A stretch of 64,000 nt of DNA from the human T2T-CHM13v2.0 reference genome, Homo sapiens, in the NCBI RefSeq assembly GCF_009914755.1, contig NC_060928.1. One strand, written 5' to 3'. The notes under the pieces were generated by a model that was not told the origin of the DNA, searched no databases, and worked only from the letters and a program-made list of their open reading frames with translations. This document shows, piece after piece, positions 14,021 through 27,387 of this stretch; the first letter of the stretch is position 1, and each line of letters begins with the position of its first letter. Position numbers and translations under genes: made by a program.

Positions 14021-15389
14021 AAAACAGAGATATAGACAAATGGAACAGAACAGAGCCCTCAAAATTAATACCACACATCTACAACCATCTGATCTTTGAC
14101 AAACCTGATAAAAATAGGAAATGGGGAAAGGATTTCCTATTTAATAAATGGTGCTGAGAAAACTGGCTAGCCATATGTAGAAAGCTGAAACTGGATCCTT
14201 TCCTTACACCTATACAAAAATTAATTCGAAATAGATTAGAGACTTAAATGTTCGACCTAAAACCATAAAAACCCTGGAAGAAAACCTAGGCAATACCATT
14301 CAGGACATAGGCATGGGCAAGGAATTCATGACTAAAACACCAAAAGCAATGGCAACAAAAGACAAAATTGACAAATGGGATCTAATTAAACCAAAGAGCT
14401 TCTGCGCAACAAAAGAAACTACCATCAGAGTGAACAGGCAACCTACAGAATGGGAGAAAATTTTTGCAATCTACCCATCTGACAAAGGGCTAATACCAAG
14501 AATCTACAAAGAACTTAAACAAATTTACAAGAAAAAAACAACCGCATCAAAAAGTGGGCAAAGGATATGAACAGACACTTCTCAAAAGAAGATATTTATG
14601 CAGCCAAAAGACACATGAAAAAAATGTTCATCATCACTGGCCATCAGAGAAATGCAAATCAAAACCATAATGAGATACCATCTCACGCCAGTTAGAATGG
14701 CAATCATCAAAAAGTCAGGAAACAACAGGTGCTGGAGAGGATGTGGAGAAATAGGAACACTTTTACACTGTTGGTGGGACTGTAAACTTGTTCAATCATT
14801 GTGGAAGACAGTGTGGCGATTCCTCAAGGATCTAGAACTAGAAATACCATTTGACCCAGCCATCCCATTACTGGGTATATACCCAAAGGAATATAAATCA
14901 TGCTGCTATAAAGACACATGCACACGTATGTTTATTGCGGCACTATTCACAATAGCAAAGACTTGGAACCAACCCAAATGTCCATCAATGATAGACTGGA
15001 TTAAGAAAATGTGGCACACATACACTATGGAATACTATGCAGCCATAAAAAAGGATGAGTTCATGTCCTTTATAGGGACATGGATAAAGCTAGGAACCAT
15101 CATTCTCAGCAAACTATCGCAAGGACAGAAAACCAAACACCGCATGTTCTCACTCATAGGTGGGAATTGAACAATGAGAACACTTGGACACAGGGTGGGG
15201 AACATCACACACCGAGGACTGTTGTGGGGTGGGGGGAGTGGGGAGGGATAACATTAGGAAAAATATCTAACATAAATGACGAGTTAATGGGTGCAGCACA
15301 CCAACATGGCACTTGTATACATATGTAACAAACCTGCACGTTGTGCACATGTACCCTAGAACTTAAAATATAATAATAATAATAAAAAG
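14021..15389 (+). mobile_element. 5'-truncated L1PA (about PA4/PA5) inserted in an L2 3' tail
   Basis: Frameshifted ORF2 C-terminal pieces (ORFs 14313..14570, 14652..15170), G-rich 3'UTR, A-tail. Degenerate TSD aagcagtggta/aagaggtggta. Flanks rejoin as the L2 end (catggcacataag...aaatgttgaatgaatg). Confidence 0.95.
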
Positions 15390-16633
15390 AGGTGGTAGAG
15401 AAATGTTGAATGAATGGGTGAACTTTATCAAATGTTGAGTTTGCTCAAACTATTCACTCCACAGGACATTCTTCAACATGACAATAGTTAAAAGTAGAAC
15501 TACAAATTGTGATGTGAGTATTCTGTAAAACTTCACACAAAAAATTACCAGTTATCACCAAATCTTCTCAGGGAAGGCAGGTCTCTTGCAACGGAAATGA
15601 ACATTTTTAAAAAATACATATTTAGGAAGTACAAATGCAGTGTTGTTCCACAGACATAAAATAAATCTTTTCAATAGGGATCAGCATGAAAAGCATCTGC
15701 ACTGCTAGAACCACGTACATCGAAAATTTATCAACCTACATCCTAAAATATTTTCAAAGTAACTGAATGCCTATAAAAGAAGGCTCTGTACCAATTTATT
15801 GCAACACAAAGATTATCAGATAGCTAGTATTTTGCCCGTGGATCTGTATCCTCCTTAGTTGATACTAGGAATTGTATAGCATGATCATAGTCCTATTTCT
15901 ATCACAGTTCATCACTCTCAAGTAAGTGTTTACTGAAAAACCGATGCAGAAGATGCTTTGCGAGGGTTGTGTGGTCAACAATTTTCCCCAGTTCCAAAGC
16001 TTTCAGCCAAGCCTCTATGTTGGTGCACTATGAACCAATCTTCTAGAGGGTGATGATAACAGAAACAATAATAGAATGGGCTCAGCTCTTCAAAGCCATG
16101 TGGCTTTGATTATTTTCACTACCAACAATTCAGACCCATAAAGTAAACAAGAATTCTTTCTGATCTCAAAACTGCTAGGTGAAGTCATGTAGTGTGTCTA
16201 TTTTCATTAATATTAACAATAGGTAATATGCTAATAATAGTAATGGAAAAAATACACGCAGTTTTGGGAAAACAAAAACACCCTCGATAAGATTTTTTTC
16301 CCATTAAATGGGAAAGATGAGTTTAGCTTGATGAAACTGTTTCTGTCGTTTTGAGTTCCCATAAATGTTTTTTGTTGTTGTTTCTTTTGTGTTCTCATGG
16401 TTTTAGCTATTGTGATTTAAAGTGATTTTAAGCCAGAGTAAACTGACTTAACCCATCTTTACTCTGTGTGTGCAGAAATTAGGGCACAGGGAAAGCAACC
16501 CGACTATATCCAGAGGTAATAGTAGGAAGATAAGGAAGGATTTCTGGTCACATAAACAAAGTCTGCTGAAAGATCCATTGAGTTATATTGTTTATAAATG
16601 TCTTTCCTGCTTTCAGGTAGAAACATTCTAAAG

Positions 16634-17224
16634 CAGGGTTTCTCAACCTTTTTGGTCCTATTTGAGATAATTAAGGGCCCTAAAGAGCTTTTGTTCATGT
16701 AGGCTACATTTCCAGTTACGTTATGTTAGAAATTAAAACAAAATTTTATGAAATATTTAATTCCTTTTAAAACAAAAATAATTAGTCCATTACATGGTAA
16801 AATAACTGAATGTGTTTATGTAAAATAACTATGTTTTTCTAAACCAAAAAAATTAGTGATAAGAATGTCATTGTTTTACATTTTTATAAATCTCTTTCTG
16901 TCTGACTTAATAGAAGACAGTTGGGTTCTCCTAGCTGCTTTTGAATTCAATCTGTTGTGTATATTATCATACCTCTCATAGCCTCTGGAAAACTCCTCTG
17001 TGCACTTGAGTGAGTATGAGAGTGAAACAAACACAAGTAGTATTATTATGAAAATAGTTTTGATTTTACAGACCTCTTGAAAGAGTATTGAGGACACAGG
17101 ATGAACAACCTTCTGGTTTGCCTAGGACTACTCTAGTTTTAGTCTCAAGTTCTAGGAAACCCTGAGTTTCAGGGCAAACCAGGACAACTGGTCGCCCTCT
17201 CTGCACTACATTTTGAGAACGGCA
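16634..17224. mobile_element. Charlie1-derived hAT element (MER119-like)
   Basis: cagggtttctcaacctttttggtc start, tttgagaac end. Reverse-complement similarity to parts of 49922-51304. Confidence 0.7.
17097..17198. mobile_element. MER81-like hAT-Blackjack MITE nested in the Charlie element
   Basis: Degenerate TIRs caggatgaacaaccttctggtttgcc / ggcaaaccaggacaactggtcgccct. Confidence 0.7.
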
Positions 17225-19264
17225 GTGCTAAGACATCAAAAAAGATCAACTTGCTTAAGACCATAACATCCACTAACTATTACTGTGCCTTCACAATCAC
17301 AAGGTGACCTAACTCACATATATCCACTATTACTGGCTACATAGGTATCTATTTTACTTTTTACAGTGTTTAATAGTAACGTAATAATTTGAAATCAACG
17401 AAATCTTCTCAGTAGCATATACCCAAGCATACTCAAAGTAGAGGTTTGATGTTATTTTAGGTAAAGTCAAAATTAAGTTATATTTAATTTTTGGTAGTTT
17501 GGGAACTGAGGATTGAACTAATGTAACTTAATAAGTGGCCATTAAAATACATTTATTTTTTATTTTTAAAAACAGTACATGCCATTTCATTAAGTTTTTA
17601 GTCACAAAATACAGTTTGAAATCTTACTTTTACAGTAATTACCTTGAGCAACAACAAAAAAGTATTTAGCTTCCTGAGAATTAGCTTATTTTCTCAAAAA
17701 GCTTTACAGAATAAAGTTTATTAATTCTGTTTTATGACATTCAAGTGCCAAGCCACATGTTTTCCCTCCAACACCTTTATTTCCTTTTAAATAAAATTGC
17801 ATGAGTAAGGCCTTAGTCAAATAATAGTCATCAGTTTCCTTATTTTTTTCCTTTTTTTAAGATGAAGCATTTCTTAAATGTAACACATAGAACAACTAAC
17901 AGTGACTGGTATAATGTTTTAATAATTCCTAAGTTTCATTTTTGTTAAAACATGAATGAAAAAAATCATATTATTTAGATTAAAATGTTATTTAAAAAAA
18001 TCACCACCCTAACCAGTGGTTTTCCCTCATGTGAGATATTTAACATTATTGAATTGGCAACAGACATTCATTTCAAGCTCAAGACATTTTTCTTGCCATC
18101 TTTCTCACAAAATGAAATGTGTACCTACAGTTGCTATGGTACTGGTATAAGCCTTACCGTGGCATAGTAATATTGTTTAAATAAATCATTTTATTAAAAA
18201 GTGTTTGCTGAAACTTTAAAATATATTTCCAAAGGCAACAATTTTCTAAAAAAAAGTTGCTTCCTTCTCCAATTATTTTTGTATTTTTTTCACTCAATTG
18301 TTTACAAATTCACTGAGATGGTTACTTATGACTTTTTAAAGAACTATATCTAATAATGCCAATGCAAAATTTCAAAATATATGCAGAAAATTAGTTAAGA
18401 GCTTTTCTACTTCAAATAGGAATAAACCAAAATACTTTAAAATACCACTAATATTTGAAACTTCACAATTTTGATAAAGGTTACTTGTTACTGCCTAAAA
18501 AAATGGTGACAATTATATAATACTAATTACACAAAAAAGTGTCAAAGTGGACAAATGAAAGATGAGTTTCATAGTATTTTTCAAACAAAATTCAGTAGAC
18601 ATGAAGGTCTAAATTCCATTTTATATCCACACATCAAAGTATACTAAGATATTAGTATCTAAAAGATATGTTTATTGTGGATAAATTGCTCAATAGCAAA
18701 AACATCACATCCACACATGAATATCCCTGCCACTAGTTTCTCTAAATTTTGGCTTACTGTCCACAAAGCCAGTAAAGTTGTTGCATAGGGGAAAAAAATC
18801 ATTTCCTTGTTTAAAAACTTCCATGAATATGTTTTTCCTTAAAAAAATGCAGTCTGAACTTTTTAGCAATGCATATGATGTTCACTCAGCCCAAAACCAC
18901 TTCATCTCTTGCCAGTTCATTCTTCAACAAGTAGGCCTAGAGTGGCTTCAGCACCTGGCCCAAAGCAGATATGCAATCACACTTTTCGTAACAGGCACAG
19001 CAACCTCCTTGAGAGCTTATATTCTCACATGACTTTGAACACACTTTTCCTTCTTCCAGTGAAGATACAGCACAGTGCAGCTGAGAACTTTATACAAAAA
19101 GAACAATTCAAGAAAACTGAAATTTCTCCCTGCATGAATTTTGTCCATCCATAATCAAAATAATTTCAATAAGTCCCGTGGGAGTGAAATACACCTATTC
19201 AATTTGGATTTTCACTTTTTTTATTACAAGAATTATAATGAGAAAAATTACTATTACTTTTGTG

Positions 19265-19982
19265 TATGTCATTTTTTATCTAATTAAAATTAACATAAGA
19301 TACAATGATGCACAGATCTTAGTTATTCAATACAATGAGTATTCACAATTGCAAATACCTGTGTAGCCAGCAGTGAGATCAAAATATAGGACATATCTGT
19401 GAGTCTCAAAAAGTTTTCATGCCTTTCTCCAGTCAGTTTCTTTCTCCCTTCCCCAGGCAACCACTTCCTGATTTCTAACATCATAGATTGTTTTTTCTGT
19501 TCTTGGACTGCATATCAATCAAATCATCATATATGCAGACTTTTTAAATCTGGCTTTTTTATTCAGCATAATGCTTTTGAGATTCACCCATATTGTTGCA
19601 TGAATCAGTAGTTTCTTCTTTTTATTGCTGAGTAATATTTCATTATATGAACACACTATATATTTTATGTATTTATCAACATTTGTACATCTTCTTTTGT
19701 GAGATGTCAGTTCAATTCTTGTGCACATTTTAAAAAATTGGATTGTCTTTTCACTGATGATTTATAGGCTTTCTTTACATATCTGGGATACAAGTTGTTT
19801 GTCATGTATGTGTTGTGAATATTTTTTATAATATTTCAATTTGTTATTTGTTATTTGTCTGTTCATTATTGCAATGCTGTCTTGAGATGAGCAGTTTTAA
19901 TTTTGAAGTCTAGTTTATCTATGGTTTTCATGGTTACTGCTCTTTGTGTCCTACTGAAGAAATCTTGGTCTACTCCAAAGAC
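19265..19982 (-). mobile_element. Old L1M (L1ME-like) 3' fragment
   Basis: ccccaggcaaccact, attcagcataatgcttttgagattcacccatattgttgcatg, tttattgctgagtaatatttcatt. Confidence 0.8.
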
Positions 19983-20214
19983 TCATTCCATGTGCCAACA
20001 TTCCCCTGCAGATTAGGAGTGCCCTGTTCCTGTTCTCATGGCTTTCTCTTCCAAGGCTGCACATTTGTCATGGGGAAAAGGCTAAACAGAGCTGGTGTTG
20101 GTTTATTCATCAGTCACATCAATGTTGTTGCTACCAGCTTAAATATTCACAGCCTTTCCCCACACAGAACCATCTGCTGGTGCTCTCCAACAATATTAAC
20201 ATTAAAAGGGAAGC

Positions 20215-20622
20215 CTTGACAAGAAGTCCAGTAAGTGGCTACTGATATTGGTTCCACAACTTAATGACGTTGAGGCTGGCACGAGGGCAATTCTCAAGGC
20301 CTTTCCTTCATGATCACTAGATGACTGCTGCAACTCCAGCCATCATGTTTTCTCTGGGTTCTATGGGTCAGGATTTCAGAGAGGCACAATGCAGATGGCT
20401 TCTCTTTGCTCCACAATGTCTGAAGACTAGCTGGACAGATCTAAAGAGCTGGAAGTGACTTGAATGGCTGAGGTCTAGGAACATTTAGTGGATTCTCATG
20501 CACATGTTTGGCACCTGGGCTAGGATATCTCAAGGACTTGCTTCTCCATGTGGCTAGAGTGTCTCACAGGTGTGATGACAGAGTTCTGAAAGACAGCACA
20601 GAAAAGGAGCACACAAGAGAGA
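20215..20622 (-). mobile_element. MLT1 LTR fragments (K-like and H-like)
   Basis: agatgactgctgcaactccagccatcatg and gggtcaggattt...gatggcttctctttgctccacaatgtctg. Confidence 0.55.
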
Positions 20623-21039
20623 TGCCTTAGTCCATTTTGTATTGCAATAAAGGAATACCTGGGACTAAATAATTTATAAAGAAAAGAGGTTTATTTGTCC
20701 TGCAGTTCTGCAGGCCATACAAGAAGCACAGCTTTGTCATCTGCTTCTGGCAATAACCTCAGGAAACTTTTAATCATGATGGAAGATAAAGTGGATGAGG
20801 CATCACATGGCAAGACGGAGGAAGCAAGAGAGGAAAAAAGCAAGAAAAAGCAAGGCAGGAGGAAGGTGCCAGGCTCTTTTAAACGACCAGATCTCACTCA
20901 TTACTGCTACAATGGCACCAAGCCACTCAAGAAGGGTCCACCTCCATGGCCCAAACACCTTCCACCAGACCGCAACTCCATCACTGGCAATCACATTTCA
21001 ACATGAGATGTGAAGGGGACAAATATCCAAACTATATCA
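20623..21039 (-). mobile_element. MSTB-like solo LTR
   Basis: TG...CA ends, gacaaatatccaaactatatca terminus, 5-bp TSD agaga at 20618-20622 and 21040-21044. Confidence 0.9.
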
Positions 21040-23130
21040 AGAGATTATCCAGATAAGGAACACCTGAGAGAGATTGCCCAGAGGGATTGCTCCGAATGGG
21101 AGCACCCAGAGTGCCAAAGGGCGCATTACATGAAAAAGCTTACCAATGCATTTTAATTAGCAGCAAGACAGAGGCAGCTTTCTGTTTTTCCATCCTGAAA
21201 TTAATCTCTGGGAAGTTACTTGTCTTTCATGTAGAAAGGGGTGACAGATATCCTTGAGTTCAAAACTTTGACTCACCCCCGAAAATTCTTTAACCTTGGA
21301 TTAGTCACTCAATGACTCCAAACCTCAGCTTTCCCTTTTGTATAATAATAGTAATACTACAACGATAAAAGGTTTATAATATATTCTATTATTACACTAC
21401 AACAATGATGCAATGGAGTAATGATACTACCTTGCTCAGTTAATGTGTCAAATAACTTATCCTTCTTGGCGACTGAAACATGGGAAGTAATTTTCATAAT
21501 TTAGTTCCCTGCCCATATCTGCCCAGTGAAATCCTACTCAGTCACCACAATCTCATCAAAAGACATGTATATGTAAAACTACCCCATCACCAGGACAAAG
21601 TCAGTTTCATCTGTGTCCCTCAAACTTCCATTACATGGTACAACATGTAATAATTATATCATGTTATAATTATGCGTTCATTCATTTAAAAAATACATAT
21701 TGAGAGCCTACCACCTGTTAAGCACTGTGCTAGGAGTTGTATATACTGTTTAGTAAAAACAGTTTGAATCCCTACCACCATAAAGCTTACCCTCTAGTGT
21801 TAAAAATGTCTTTATCTGCACCTAGACAATTACCTGATTGAGAGTCACCTCTGTATCTTATTCAGCACATTCCCTAACAATGGCTAGATTCTCAAAAATG
21901 TTTGACAAATTAATTTCCTACAAAAGATAAAGTAGTTTAATACTTGTTCACAGTTAGTTCATCTAGGTAATCCAGCACAATCTGTATTAAAATAAATTAA
22001 TGTAATTTTAAAAGGTAATATTTCCTTTAGGGAAATCTGAAATCCCAAAAACGTTCGAATGGAAAAAAAAAAAATGGTACAAGAAACCTCATTTGCATTC
22101 CCATTTGAACCACTCCTTTTTCATGTTTTTACTATTATTAGGTTAATTATTCCTCAAAATCCTGGCAGTAGAAAAGAGTAATACTGGTCATTTTGGTGAT
22201 CATCTGTGGTCATTGAAGTGTGTTCTATGGGTCACTAGTTCCAACCCATTCAAGACTAATGGGTTGGGTTGCAGAATGGTTATCCAAGGTCCTCACAGTC
22301 TTTCTCCCTGCAGACAAAGTCATATATTTATGGGGCCAAAATAAACAGACAAGTAATCACCATAGTGAATAGCCATTGTTTTTATCATCATATGCTGCAG
22401 GGAACTTAAAAATCAGCTCAAATATGGACTATAATGGCACCAGGAAAGAGGCAGCAGGCTGCACAGCTATTATGTGTGTGTCTGTGCACAAATGCAGCCA
22501 GTGCTTCTAAGCACTTCCCTTCTGAGGAACAAAATACAAACATAAAAATGCGCAGACAGTTCCTTCTCCTATTCCTAGAAAAACAAATCATAAAAGAATT
22601 CACTGCTACCCTCACCAAAATCTAAATGGGGAGGTAAAAGAGTCACAAAAATCCCAGCAAATGACGCATGATAAAAATTTATTCCTCTCATGTCTTTCCA
22701 AGATCATAAAAAACAGGTTGGTAGCTGTCATCATGGTCTTATCCTGGACATTTAAGGATAAACATTAAACACCTCAGGATACTCTTTTCCAATTTAAGTC
22801 TAAACCCAGGTTTACAATTACTGCCTGTGTTAAAAATAATGTATTCACATGTGAATTTCTCTAACTTTTTAAATCCAGGGATTTATGTGTATGTACATTT
22901 TTGTTTGAATGTGTGCTGAGTTTTCTTTCTCTCTTTCATTCCTTTTCTGTGTGAAGCTATAAACACATTTTAGGCAATTAAGTGGTCAGTAAACAAAGTC
23001 TTACACATAGAAATGTCATACTTAAATGCTAGATAAAATCAGAGGAAAATAGCATAGGCTACGTATTTGACATTGCAAGTTATAAGGAAAACTGAAAGAT
23101 GACAAGAGATGAATTCAGATTACAATATGA

Positions 23131-23592
23131 GATAATTCATAATTGCCAGAAAGTGGAAACAAGCCATTGTCTGTCAACTGAAGAATGGGTAAATAAAATA
23201 TGGTATAGCCATACAATGGCACACAATTCTGCAATGAAAGGAAACGAAGAACTGATGCATGCTACGACATGGATGAACCTTGAAAACATGCTAAATGGAA
23301 GAAACCAGTAGCAAAACCCACATATTGTACGCATCTATTTATACAAATTGTCTAGTGTAGGCAAATCCACAGAGACAGAAAATAGATCAGTGGTTTCTGA
23401 AAGGAGAGGGAAAGAAATGAGAGGAAATGGAGACTGACTGCTAATGGGCACGTGGTTTATTTTTGAGATAATGAAAATGCTTTAAAATTGATTTTGGTGA
23501 CAACTGCACACCCCAAATGCACTAGAAACCACTGCATTTTAAATAGGTGAATTGTATGGTATGTGAATCACAACTCAATAAAGCTATTAAAA
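23131..23592 (+). mobile_element. L1MB-like 3' end
   Basis: gcatgctacgacatggatgaaccttgaaaacatgctaa...ggcaaatccacagagacagaaa...ctcaataaagct. Confidence 0.85.
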
Positions 23593-24321
23593 TATTTTGT
23601 AGCTGAAATGACACAGGGATCTACTTTGTATATAAAAAGAACACATGAAATAAATACTTGCTCATGTTTATAAGCATAAATCTGAGAGGATACAGAGAAA
23701 GGCAAAACTGGGAGAGAAAACTCTTCTCCTGAGTCTAAAGCCAGGAACTGAACATACTTTACCTCAGCCACCAATATGTTCAAATAATCTATGGCAAAGT
23801 TTCTCCACATGCTTCAAAACATCACTTAAGTACACTGTCCTTAATAATGAGTACTATAGGAAAAACAGTTCTGTAAGAGTAAAATAGAAGGAACTTTTAA
23901 TGCCCTTATTTTGAAAGTTTGAAAGGGGAAACATAGTGAACAAAAACAAAATGATAAAATCTTACTTTTATTAGCAACATGAAGCTGTAGCAAAGTATTA
24001 GCTAAACAAATGTATATGTACATAGGGTGGAGGAGCTTCACTTAAAGAATCATAGGCCCAAATCAGCCCAATTCAGTGTTAAACCCACCACAGAAAAACA
24101 CCAAGTGCTGTCACCTTAATTCCAGCATAAAATTTTAGAAGACAATTTGATTTTCATGTCAATCATGGCAAATGCTTTTGCTTGTGTTTATGAATCATTA
24201 AAGAATGATATCAGTTAAATATAATAATTCGAAGAGAAGATTCTAAAAACAATACTAAAGGCATCATTGATTAACAGAAGTCACAGGTGAATTGAAATAA
24301 ACTACAAGGGATTGAGTACAT

Positions 24322-24880
24322 AGTAGCCAGGATGCTTTGAGCTGCAAGTAACAGAAGAGCAAACTAAAAGAAATGGAAACTGGAAAGGATTAATCATCTC
24401 CCATACAAGAAGATATGTGAAAGGAGGGCTCCCTCATTGACTCAGTTGCTCAACTTGACCTCAAGGGCCCCAGGACTTTCAATTGTCCTACCTTGCATCC
24501 CTGTACTCCAGCAATCTCTCCCCTAATGTTTTCAAGCTAACTGTAGCAGTTCTATAGGTGTCAACTTCTGACAGTTCCACATCCCCAAAAATGGAAAAAG
24601 GCATTTCCTCAATGTATCTTTTTATTTGGGAAAAAGTCTTGCAAACATCTTCTGGTCAAGTTCCCCTCAGATCTCACTGCCAGGATTGGGTCACATAATC
24701 ATGCTTAAACCAATCCTTAACAAGGAGAATGAGACCTCAATAGGACTGGATCATTCTAATAATGATTTGCCCCTGAACTCGGCAGGAGAGATCATTTCCT
24801 CAAATCAGAACAATGAGGTGAGAACAATGAACAAATTCAGGCTTCTTCCAGGAAGGAAGGTGAGCAACTCTCACCAAGAA
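24322..24880 (-). mobile_element. MLT1K/L-like LTR
   Basis: caggatgctttgagctgcaagtaacagaa and atctcactgccaggattgggtcacat...aaaccaatc. Confidence 0.65.
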
Positions 24881-24934
24881 AACAGCGATCACACTGGTGT
24901 ATGATCCAGACACTATTTCACATGGAAAACCAAT

Positions 24935-25205
24935 AAAAAACGGAGGATGTTTAACCTACACAGGGGAAGGCTATGATGAAGTCTTCAAATATGTGAAAGT
25001 CTTCAAATACCATGTGAAAGAGAAGATCCCTGATTAATTTAATATGAGGCCTTACAAACTATAGCTCTCTAACAATATGCTCAGTGCAAACTCATGAGAG
25101 AGCAGTCATTAGACAATTCACATACAAGCAGAATCATCATTTCCAGAGAATATACTCTTTGGATAGAAGGTTGAACTAGTGAATCTAAGATTTTTTTCTA
25201 TCCCT
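24935..25205 (+). mobile_element. L3/CR1 remnant
   Basis: ggatgtttaacct...gtcttcaaatatgtgaa...ggttgaactag resembles the L3 3' region. Confidence 0.5.
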
Positions 25206-26449
25206 TCTCTAGTTTGGCTGAATCATGCATGTAGGAAACTTGCCCATAACCTCCTCCCTCATCCTCCTTAACAAGTCTGCCAACTCAAATTTAAAACCTA
25301 AAATTGATATTTTTACATGGAAAGAAAAGAAACAACAAAATGATCTTAATAGGTTAAACAGTCTTTTCTTGAATCAGACAATACAGTAAATACAATAAAG
25401 ATAATTCAGAGCTATCTAAAGCAATTATAAACATTAGTGTCATTTTCCTCATATTCAATCCCAGTTCCACTCCTATCAATAGGCAACTGTTCTTACGGTT
25501 GCTCTAAGTAGAAGAACAGATTGCAGATTATACAAGGGCTCTAGCCTCAGCCAGCATTTACTAAATAAATACCAATATCTGAAAATCCCTTATGTCTTTC
25601 TTTGCTGTTATTCTAACTGCCAGCATGAACAAGCAAAAGGAGCAATTAAAGAAGCTGCCATCAATATCATGGGAGGAACCCATTATTTCCAATCCTTACC
25701 TCCTCTCTTCCAAATCTTACCTTCTAATTTCCATTCTGACCTCTTTTCATGCAGCTAATATTGATAATTATTTAAACAAATACTATGATCTCAGCCTGAA
25801 TTTATTTCACTCTCTGAACAGAATGTCAGTAAACTGCAAGTAAAGTTATTAATTTTATGTTCAATTACAACAAAATTTGAGTCAGGATTTTCTCCATAAT
25901 GCCACATTGGAAAATACATTTAACAAAATGTAGATGTAAAAATTACTTAAGATTTTCTTGTATTCAAAAACAAGTGAGGCTTTGAGATGTGAGAAAATGA
26001 CCTAAGTTTAATAGAGAAGATCTTTCATTGCCCCACACTCCATCTTCAACATCTGCATCTTCTTCATCTACACATTTTGCAGTAGATTACTAAACATAAA
26101 GAAGCACAGTTGGCTCTAAAAGGCAAAACCGGTGACCCAAATGCAGAAACCATCAGATAAAATTCATATTTTTCCTTTGTTTCTGAGGGGAAAATAGAAA
26201 GCCACCCCATGTGGCTCATATCTAAAAATGTAACCACTTATTTTTGCTAACCTGGAGACTGCACCAACATTCTCCCTGCCAGGCACATCATAATGCTACT
26301 TACACAAAACTTTTCACTAATGACTTCAGACACTTTTTTTATACTGAGTAGATATTTTTAAAGTATAAACCCAAAGGGGACCTCTCTGTTTTTATCTCAC
26401 TTGATCACTCACCTGTCCTGTATGCACTTTATTACTCTCTCCTTCCAAA

Positions 26450-27385
26450 CGAAGCTAAATCAGTTTAAGGTTCAGGGCCCCTTATTTACAAAGGCCAAAC
26501 TAAGGCTCAGAGAGGGGCCCCAACAATGTTTCCATAAGACATTTTATTTTTAAGTTTGCCAAAATCACGTATATTTTCATCAATTGGTGGATACTGCTCG
26601 ACCTCCCCTCTATCACATTTGCCTTTATGCTGGGAAGCGAGCAAGCATCTTTAAGATCTATATAAGTAGGCAGTGAGTTTGGAATTATATTCACTTCGGA
26701 TTCAGTATGATGTAATTTCTGTGATTCAGAGTAATTTTCTTACATAATTCAGTTATTGCTAATTATTTCCAGTGTAGAAATGCCTTCCAGGCTCTTAACA
26801 CCAAAGCATCGGTAACAAACTGGTTTATAAGTTATTCTTTAAGATTACTTAAGATTAGTCACTCTGCATGAAAACTTGGCATGTCCTGAAATCACAAAGC
26901 TCATATATGAGAGAAACTTGATTTAAGTTTCCACATTTTGGCAACAATCCTAAAAATTTATATGGCATTATCAATAATAGGCTGTAATACCAAAAGAAAC
27001 TGTTCTAAACTTTTCAATAATAAAAATATAATTTCAACCAGCTATGCTAAATACTGAATTATTTTTCTGATATCCCTGCAGAAGATGACATTATAAAATT
27101 CTTGTAATATGAAGAAGCAATCCAAAAGTAAGCCTCCTCCCCTTTTCTACTCCCTAAAAAAGAAAAAAAAGTATTATAGAAGTGCATTGGTGTTTAATTA
27201 ATAAGATTTTTCTGAATTTTGTTCATTTATGGCATTTTAACTCTTTAAAATTTTATAATTTTTACCATTATTTTCTCATTCCAGTCAAATTAGTACCTAA
27301 GTTTGTATTAATAATCCTGTATTATTTTTCTTTAAAAGGACCTCCACATTGACTAAGCTTCCAACCCCACAATATCTACCTTTGT
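26450..27385. mobile_element. hAT-Tip100 element (Zaphod/MER115-like), internally deleted
   Basis: ttcagggcccct...gaggggcccc start, transposase C-terminal remnant (gaaactgttctaaacttttcaataataaaa), taagcttccaaccccacaa end. Confidence 0.65.
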
Positions 27386-27387
27386 CT

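Noticed and set aside
14313-15170. L1 ORF2 C-terminal ORFs (also 4036..4311 and 59490..59690) as CDS
   Set aside because: Frameshifted fragments of 5'-truncated L1 copies without a promoter.
16050-16167. C/D snoRNA-like boxes (GTGATGA...CTGA)
   Set aside because: Weak terminal stem, no recognisable rRNA or snRNA guide, and antisense to the inferred host.
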